Source of the DNA: an uncultured delta proteobacterium
Lineage (GTDB): Bacteria; Desulfobacterota; Syntrophobacteria; BM002
Length of the DNA stretch: 64,000 nt
Direction: 5' to 3'
Assembly (NCBI GenBank): GCA_963712115.1
Contig: CAVQGX010000002.1
Location: 1-64,000, forward strand
The position numbers and the translations under genes were made by a program. Below are positions 58,365 through 64,000 of the stretch, one piece after another. Numbering within the stretch: the first letter of the stretch is position 1; the number at the start of each line of letters is the position of its first letter. The notes below the pieces were generated by a model. That model ran no database searches. It had not been told where the DNA came from and saw nothing but the letters and a program-made list of their open reading frames with translations.

Positions 58365-59717
58365 ATGGGACTGACTGGAATTCAGATTTTTAAGCTGCTG
58401 CCAAAGACCAACTGCGGCGAATGTGGGGTGCCCACTTGCCTTGCCTTTGCCATGGCCCTGGCATCGGGCAGTGCGGAACTGGACGCCTGCCCCTATGTCT
58501 CCGATGAGGCCAAGGAGCAACTGGCTGCGAGTTCTGCGCCCCCTGTCAGACCTCTTACCGTAGGAACCGGTGACTACGCGGTCAAGGTCGGCGGTGAAAC
58601 TGTTATGTTTCGCCACGAAAAGACCTTCGTGAACAAGCCTGGTCTGGCCGTGTTGGTTACTACCGAGATGGACGATGCCGCAGTAAATGACAAACTCGCA
58701 AAGCTGGACAAGTTCCAGTATGATCGGGTGGGGCTCAATCTGAGGGCGGAAATGGTGGCGATAAAAGACGCCTCGGGTAGTGCCGACTCTTTTGTAGCTC
58801 TGGTCAACAAGGTAAAGGATGCTTCTAAGGCCGCGCTCATTCTGATGAGCGACAATGCGGATGCACTTGCTGCGGGCGTCAAGGCCTGCGCCGACCGCAA
58901 ACCCCTCATCTACGCAGCCACAGAGGACACAGCTGATACACTGGGGGCACTGGCAAAGGAAACAGGTTGTCCTTTGGCAATTAAGAGTAGCAATGGCTAC
59001 GACGGCTTGGTTGCCCTCAGTGACAAGCTCACCGGTATGGGCCTAAAAGATCTGGTACTGGATACCGGTGCCCGCACTGCCAAACAGGCTTTTGAAGACC
59101 ACACAGTTATTCGGCGGGCCGCTGTCAAAAAAATCTTTCGGCCTTTGGGATTTCCCACCATCACCTTTCCCTGTGAGATGGCCGACAACCTCATGGATGA
59201 GACCCTGCTTGCCGCCATGTTCATTGCCAAGTACGCTGGGTTCATTGTAATGAGCGATCTGGAGGCCTACAGCCTTTTCCCGCTTTTGCTGGAACGGCTC
59301 AACATTTACACCGATCCCCAACGGCCCATGACTGCCGAGCAGGGCGTCTACCCCATTGGTAATCCCAACGAGAACTCGCCGGCGCTGGTGACCTGCAACT
59401 TCTCCCTTACCTACTTCATTGTTTCGGGTGAGATCGAAGGAAGCAGGGTGCCGAGCTGGCTGGCCGTTGTGGATACCGAGGGATTGAGTGTGCTCACCGC
59501 CTGGGCCGCAGGCAAATTTACCGGTGAGAGCGTGGGCACTGCCATAAACAAGATGGGTCTTGCTGACAAGATCGCCCACAAGAACTTGATCATTCCCGGT
59601 TATGCGGCAGCGATTAGTGGCGAGCTTGAAGAGGAACTACCGGACTGGAAGATTCTTGTGGGTCCGCGGGAGGCAGCCCACATTCCCAAGTACCTTAAAG
59701 AGTGGAAGCCGGCATAG
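58365..59717 (+). CDS. acsC: Corrinoid iron-sulfur protein large (gamma) subunit
   Basis: LPKTNCGECGVPTCLAFA, IYTDPQRP, SVLTAWAAGKF, VGPREA. Confidence 0.97.
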   Translation: MGLTGIQIFKLLPKTNCGECGVPTCLAFAMALASGSAELDACPYVSDEAKEQLAASSAPPVRPLTVGTGDYAVKVGGETVMFRHEKTFVNKPGLAVLVTTEMDDAAVNDKLAKLDKFQYDRVGLNLRAEMVAIKDASGSADSFVALVNKVKDASKAALILMSDNADALAAGVKACADRKPLIYAATEDTADTLGALAKETGCPLAIKSSNGYDGLVALSDKLTGMGLKDLVLDTGARTAKQAFEDHTVIRRAAVKKIFRPLGFPTITFPCEMADNLMDETLLAAMFIAKYAGFIVMSDLEAYSLFPLLLERLNIYTDPQRPMTAEQGVYPIGNPNENSPALVTCNFSLTYFIVSGEIEGSRVPSWLAVVDTEGLSVLTAWAAGKFTGESVGTAINKMGLADKIAHKNLIIPGYAAAISGELEEELPDWKILVGPREAAHIPKYLKEWKPA

Positions 59718-59909
59718 CCTCACATCTGAGTGCATCGAGCTGATACCAATACCTGGTGTCTACGTGGTTCGGGGCCTGAGGGCCCCGGACCTGCTGCCTC
59801 CTAATTTTCTAAAAAACAATCGAGGTGTTCATCTACTGGTAAAGGGCTGGCGAGTTATTGCCAGAGTGCACCACGTCCTAACTTTACTGGTGAAGGGGAA
59901 GGAGGGTTT

Positions 59910-60794
59910 ATGATTCTAATTGGCGAAAATATGAACATTATGAGCATCAAGTATGGTAAGGCTATGAAAGAAAAGGACGCCAAGACCATCCAGGAGCTGG
60001 CAGTCCAAGAGCAAAAAGCCGGGATGGACTACGTTGACCTCAACATTGGCCCAGCAGGCAGGATTGGCGAGGAGTTGATGGAATGGATGGTCAAGACTGT
60101 CCAAGAGGTGGTGGATCTGCCCTGCGCCCTTGACACCTCCAACGTCGCTGCCATAAAGGCAGGGTTGAAGGTGCACAAGGGGAGGGCGCTGGTTAACTCC
60201 ATCTCGGCACGAGAGGACAGGTTAGAGGCCCTGCTGCCGCTCGCCAAAGAGTTTGACGCTGACTTTGTGGGGTTGCTTTGGGGCCCTGAAGGAATGCCTA
60301 GAGACGAACATGAGCGCGGGGCGCTGGCGGAGGTGATCCGGAGCAGTGCTGCGGCAAAAGGCATTTCCATGGAGCGTATCTTTCTGGATCCTATTGTCAC
60401 TCCGGTAAACGTTCAACAAAACCAGGTGATGGCACTCTACAATTTCATGAGAGACTACTACAGTGCGGGTGTTTTCGAAGGGTGCACCTCCACCTGTGGA
60501 CTTTCCAATGTTTCCAACGGACCTCCGGAACACTTGCGGCCCATCCTCAATCAGACATATATGGTTATGCTCAGGCGGTTCGGTATGGGTTCTGCCATCG
60601 TGGACACATTCGACACGGAGCTTCACAAGTTTGCCCGCGGCGAGATGGCGGACATTGAACAACTAGTATACAAAGTGTGTGACGGCGAAGAGGTAGACAT
60701 AAGCAGCCTCAGTAAGGAAGAGGCTGACTATGTTAAGACCGCCCGCGTGCTAATGGGGCACAGCCTCTACTCTGATTCCTGGCTTCAAATCTAG
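59910..60794 (+). CDS. acsE: Methyl-THF:CFeSP methyltransferase (pterin-binding)
   Basis: LIGENMN, DLNIG, LDTSN, VNSISA, CGLSNVSNG. Confidence 0.9.
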   Translation: MILIGENMNIMSIKYGKAMKEKDAKTIQELAVQEQKAGMDYVDLNIGPAGRIGEELMEWMVKTVQEVVDLPCALDTSNVAAIKAGLKVHKGRALVNSISAREDRLEALLPLAKEFDADFVGLLWGPEGMPRDEHERGALAEVIRSSAAAKGISMERIFLDPIVTPVNVQQNQVMALYNFMRDYYSAGVFEGCTSTCGLSNVSNGPPEHLRPILNQTYMVMLRRFGMGSAIVDTFDTELHKFARGEMADIEQLVYKVCDGEEVDISSLSKEEADYVKTARVLMGHSLYSDSWLQI

Positions 60795-60816
60795 GACGTA
60801 CCGCCTTTGGAAGATA

Positions 60817-60852
60817 AAACTCCCTTCCGTGCTTCGGAGGGGAGTTTTTTTA
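60817..60852 (+). terminator. Terminator after the acs operon
   Basis: aaaactcccttccg..cggaggggagtttt followed by a T-tract. Confidence 0.75.
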
Positions 60853-61024
60853 TGAAAAGAGCACAACTGACGCAAAGCGCATAGCGAAAATGATAGTAAA
60901 CGGTAAATGGTAAACGGTGAAGAGTTCGAGACTCATTGCCAAATCCCTTTATCGTTCACCGTTCACTTTTTACCAGACGCTCTGCGCTATCCGTTATTTC
61001 CTTTGTGGTTTAAAAAGCAGGGAA

Positions 61025-61585
61025 CTACTCTGGTTTGTACGGTGGGAGGGTTTGCTTCATCTGTTCTAGGTTTTTGCGGTAAGATAGGAAGGCTTGAAGG
61101 AGAGAGTCCCGTTCCACCACGGCATAGCGATCCGGCCCGCGGCTCCAAAGAAGTTTAAGTTCGAGCTTATTCTGATAAAATATAACCCCATCGTCGGTGG
61201 GGTGGGAAAGGATGAATTTCTTCTCCTTTGGGGTGGTGGCCAGATGATGCTCAGCAGCAAAGAAAAAGAGGGCAGCTGCGGGTAGGGAGAAAAATCGATA
61301 TTCCGGGCCAAATTTATTCCAGGGTGCGCTTTCGATGTTGTAGATTACAGTTGAACCGTTAGGGGGTATCTCAACGGTCAGGGCTGCTTGAATCTGGATG
61401 GAGAGAGGATTTGCAGTCAAGTCGGGTCTTTGTTCGATACACTCGGCCAGCAACTGAGAGAAATCAGCAAGACGGGTCAGCAACAAGAAGGTTTTTTCCG
61501 AACTACTTTCATGTCTCCGGAGGAGTTCCCAGACAAAAGGACGGCGGTACCATTCAAGTTTATGCAATAGCTCCCAAGCCTCCAA
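61025..61585 (-). CDS. Hypothetical protein
   Basis: Long ORF filling the gap between acsE and the HDAC gene; TTG start at 61585 chosen to avoid overlap; no recognisable motif. Confidence 0.5.
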   Translation of the reverse strand: MEAWELLHKLEWYRRPFVWELLRRHESSSEKTFLLLTRLADFSQLLAECIEQRPDLTANPLSIQIQAALTVEIPPNGSTVIYNIESAPWNKFGPEYRFFSLPAAALFFFAAEHHLATTPKEKKFILSHPTDDGVIFYQNKLELKLLWSRGPDRYAVVERDSLLQAFLSYRKNLEQMKQTLPPYKPE

Positions 61586-61712
61586 ATCCCAGTCGGAAAA
61601 TAGTCGGCTGTTGTGCAAATCCAAAGGAGCGATGGTGGCAGGGACCAGAAACTTTTTTGCCCGGTTAAGGACAACAAAGGTATCTTGCCTAGGTAATGGA
61701 GAGACGAGTCCA

Positions 61713-62486
61713 GTGTTAGAGGTCATATACCATCCAGATTACGAAAATGATTTTTCGCCCGGAACCATTGAGGCACCCCAGCGAATCAAGGCTATCCGGG
61801 GTAGTCTACAGAAATATGAGCCTTTTATCAAACCTCAACCGGCTTCTGAAGCAGACCTATATCTGGTTCACGAACCGGCCATGGTGGCAAGGATTAGAAG
61901 TAGAAGGCTACTGTTGCAGGCAGTCTTATTCGCGGTGGGCGGGGCAATTGACTGTGCCAAATTGGCATTGAGCAACAGGCCTGCTTTTGGACTTGTGCGA
62001 CCTCCAGGCCACCACGCAGACCAGAGCGGATCGTGGGGATTCTGTTATGTGAACAATTTGGCCATTGCCGTCAGAAAGATACGTCAGGAATTCGATGTTC
62101 GCTGGGTTTATATCATTGACTTGGACCATCACGTGGGAGACGGCACCCAGCGAATTTTTGCATATGATTCACAAGTTTCAGTGATGAATGTCTCGGCCGT
62201 AGAACGAGAGAAGTATCTGGAAAAGGTGCAGCACGTCTTACAAGTTATCAGGAAAACCGAGCTGCTGGCGGTTTCAATGGGTTTTGATACCTATGAAAAG
62301 GATCTTGGCGGGTTGTTGAAAACTGAGGACTACAGACTCTTGGGTTCTTGGCTGCGTCAGGCCTCCGAGAGGCTTTGCAATGGGAGGCGGTTTGCCTTGC
62401 TCGAGGGGGGATACTATCTTCCGGACCTAGGGAAGAATGTCCTGGCTTTTTGTGAAGGTTTCGCCGGCGAGACTGGCGAGACGTGA
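61713..62486 (+). CDS. Histone-deacetylase/AcuC-family Zn deacylase (compact form)
   Basis: RPPGHHA, GFCYVNN, DLDHHVGDGT, GFD, LEGGY; GTG start with GGAG. Confidence 0.9.
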   Translation: MLEVIYHPDYENDFSPGTIEAPQRIKAIRGSLQKYEPFIKPQPASEADLYLVHEPAMVARIRSRRLLLQAVLFAVGGAIDCAKLALSNRPAFGLVRPPGHHADQSGSWGFCYVNNLAIAVRKIRQEFDVRWVYIIDLDHHVGDGTQRIFAYDSQVSVMNVSAVEREKYLEKVQHVLQVIRKTELLAVSMGFDTYEKDLGGLLKTEDYRLLGSWLRQASERLCNGRRFALLEGGYYLPDLGKNVLAFCEGFAGETGET

Positions 62487-62652
62487 GGTCGGGCGAGAGG
62501 GGTAAAGATTCAATTTTGCTGCCAACTATCTGCCAATTTCATAATATAGTGGGGCAGCAACAAGCTAAAGATGAAACGCGGCGTAATTTGGCCCATGGAA
62601 GTGTGAATGATTCATCCATTCAAAATTACTGCCAAAAAGAGGGAGTGCGCAA

Positions 62653-63582
62653 ATGATACGCTTGAGACGGTCGGTACTCTCTGTACCGGGTAGCAGTGAG
62701 AAAATGATGAGTAAAGCATTAGCACTGCCTGCGGATGAAATTATGCTGGATTTGGAGGACGGGGTTGCCCTGGAGGAAAAGGAAGAAGCACGGACAAAAG
62801 TCATCCGGTACTTCATTGATTACGATTGGGGGGGACGGGTTCGGGCTTTTAGAATCAACGGCCTGGATACTCCCTTTGCCTATCGAGACATAATCGACGT
62901 CGTTGAACAGGCGGGAGCGAGTATTGATGTCTTGGTTATCCCCAAGGTGGAAAAGGCTGCTGATGTACAGTTTGTAGATCTGCTTGTGAGTCAAATTGAA
63001 CTGAGGATGGGGCTGGAAAAGAGAATTGGTCTTGAGGCATCCATAGAGACGGCCTTGGGAATGCTGAACGTCAAGGAGATAGCCTTTGCCAGCCCCCGTC
63101 TGGAAGCGCTGGTTTTTGGCATAGCTGATTATGGTGCGTCTCTCACCATGCCCAGCGCCGGCGTAAGCGGGCATGGCGATGCGGAGGAAAAATATCCAGG
63201 ACACCGCTGGCATTTTCCCTTGAGCCGCATGGTAATGGCAGCAAAGGCTGCGGGACTGGCGGCCATTGACGCACCCTTTGGGGACTTCGAGGATCTGGCA
63301 GGCCTGAAGAGATCGTGTCAAATTGCCGCCTCACTGGGCTACGACGGCAAATGGGCTATTCATCCCGCCCAACTCGAAATTGTAAATAAAACCTTCACCC
63401 CTAGTGACGACGACATCAACCTGGCCCGACGAATCTTGCAAGCCTATAAAGAAGCCGAAGCCGCTGGGGAGGGAGCCACGGCTTTGGATGGAAAGATGGT
63501 GGATGGGGGTTCAATCCGCCTGGCCCAAGTGACATACGAAAAGGCTAGAAGGTTGGGGCTGGTGGAGGAGGAAAGCGGATAG
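62653..63582 (+). CDS. CitE/malyl-CoA-lyase-like CoA ester lyase (HpcH/HpaI family)
   Basis: RRSVLSVPGS, LDLEDGV, IPKVE, IETALG, GYDGKWAIHPAQ, GKMVD. Confidence 0.92.
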   Translation: MIRLRRSVLSVPGSSEKMMSKALALPADEIMLDLEDGVALEEKEEARTKVIRYFIDYDWGGRVRAFRINGLDTPFAYRDIIDVVEQAGASIDVLVIPKVEKAADVQFVDLLVSQIELRMGLEKRIGLEASIETALGMLNVKEIAFASPRLEALVFGIADYGASLTMPSAGVSGHGDAEEKYPGHRWHFPLSRMVMAAKAAGLAAIDAPFGDFEDLAGLKRSCQIAASLGYDGKWAIHPAQLEIVNKTFTPSDDDINLARRILQAYKEAEAAGEGATALDGKMVDGGSIRLAQVTYEKARRLGLVEEESG

Positions 63583-63929
63583 CGCTTTGGAAATTTCGGA
63601 TTTCGGATTTGAAAAGACAAAGAGCATAGAGCATGGGGCATGGAGCATAGGGCAGAATTGTGGATTGAGAAATTATCAGGGACTTTTTCCTTTGGACTTT
63701 CGAATGTCGAACCGCAGAACAAGGAACCGCAGAAGTGTGTAATGATCACTTCGATATTCGAAATTCCTTGTTCGACATTCTGCGGTTCGAGGTACTATCT
63801 GCCAAGATCTGTGCAAAAATCGTATAGCGTACAAAGTGGTTTAGCCCCCCATCGCGGCTAAAAGCCGCTCCCACAGAACATATTAATCATCTTGACATAG
63901 CCTGTGCCCTGTGCTAAAAATTAGAGCTG

Positions 63930-63947
63930 ACTGAGCGCTCGTTCAGT
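63930..63947. promoter_or_regulatory. Palindromic operator (TetR-like) just downstream of a sigma-70 promoter
   Basis: ACTGAGCG-CT-CGTTCAGT, 8-bp arms with one mismatch; TTGACA at ~63892. Confidence 0.4.
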
Positions 63948-64000
63948 AAGAGCTAGGAGCTCTCCGCCTAGCGTCATTAGGTCATTACGCTTCGCTGTCA

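Overview
Window from an anaerobic Desulfobacterota (deltaproteobacterial)-type chromosome. The assignment is inferred from the 16S rRNA, the split F1Fo operon with two b subunits, and the acsD-cooS-acsB-acsC-acsE order. The right ~38 kb is core genome: mreBCD-mrdA-rodA, atpF'FHAGDC, N-terminal-only glmU, glmS, zapB-zapA-6S RNA-rny-ymdB-tyrS, a full rRNA operon (16S-Ile-Ala-23S-5S), the Wood-Ljungdahl CODH/ACS operon, an HDAC-family gene and a CitE-like lyase. The left ~25 kb is an accessory signalling region rich in repeats, with an IS3 element and two toxin-antitoxin pairs. Main candidates for novelty: (1) an apparent cGMP signalling circuit, made of a CHASE2 class III cyclase with guanylyl-cyclase specificity residues (Glu/Gly), a PilZ-cNMP-binding-Ser/Thr kinase, an HD phosphodiesterase-like protein, two PP2C phosphatases and a nearby FecR-TPR-beta-barrel receptor; (2) a small ORF whose in-frame TGA aligns with a Cys in the convergent neighbouring protein and is followed by a SECIS-like hairpin (candidate new selenoprotein); (3) a DUF559 nuclease flanked by REP-like arms, with a gene-less copy of the same arms nearby; (4) a second, shorter 6S-like structured RNA in tandem with 6S. 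Several genes carry single-base frameshifts, probably long-read errors.
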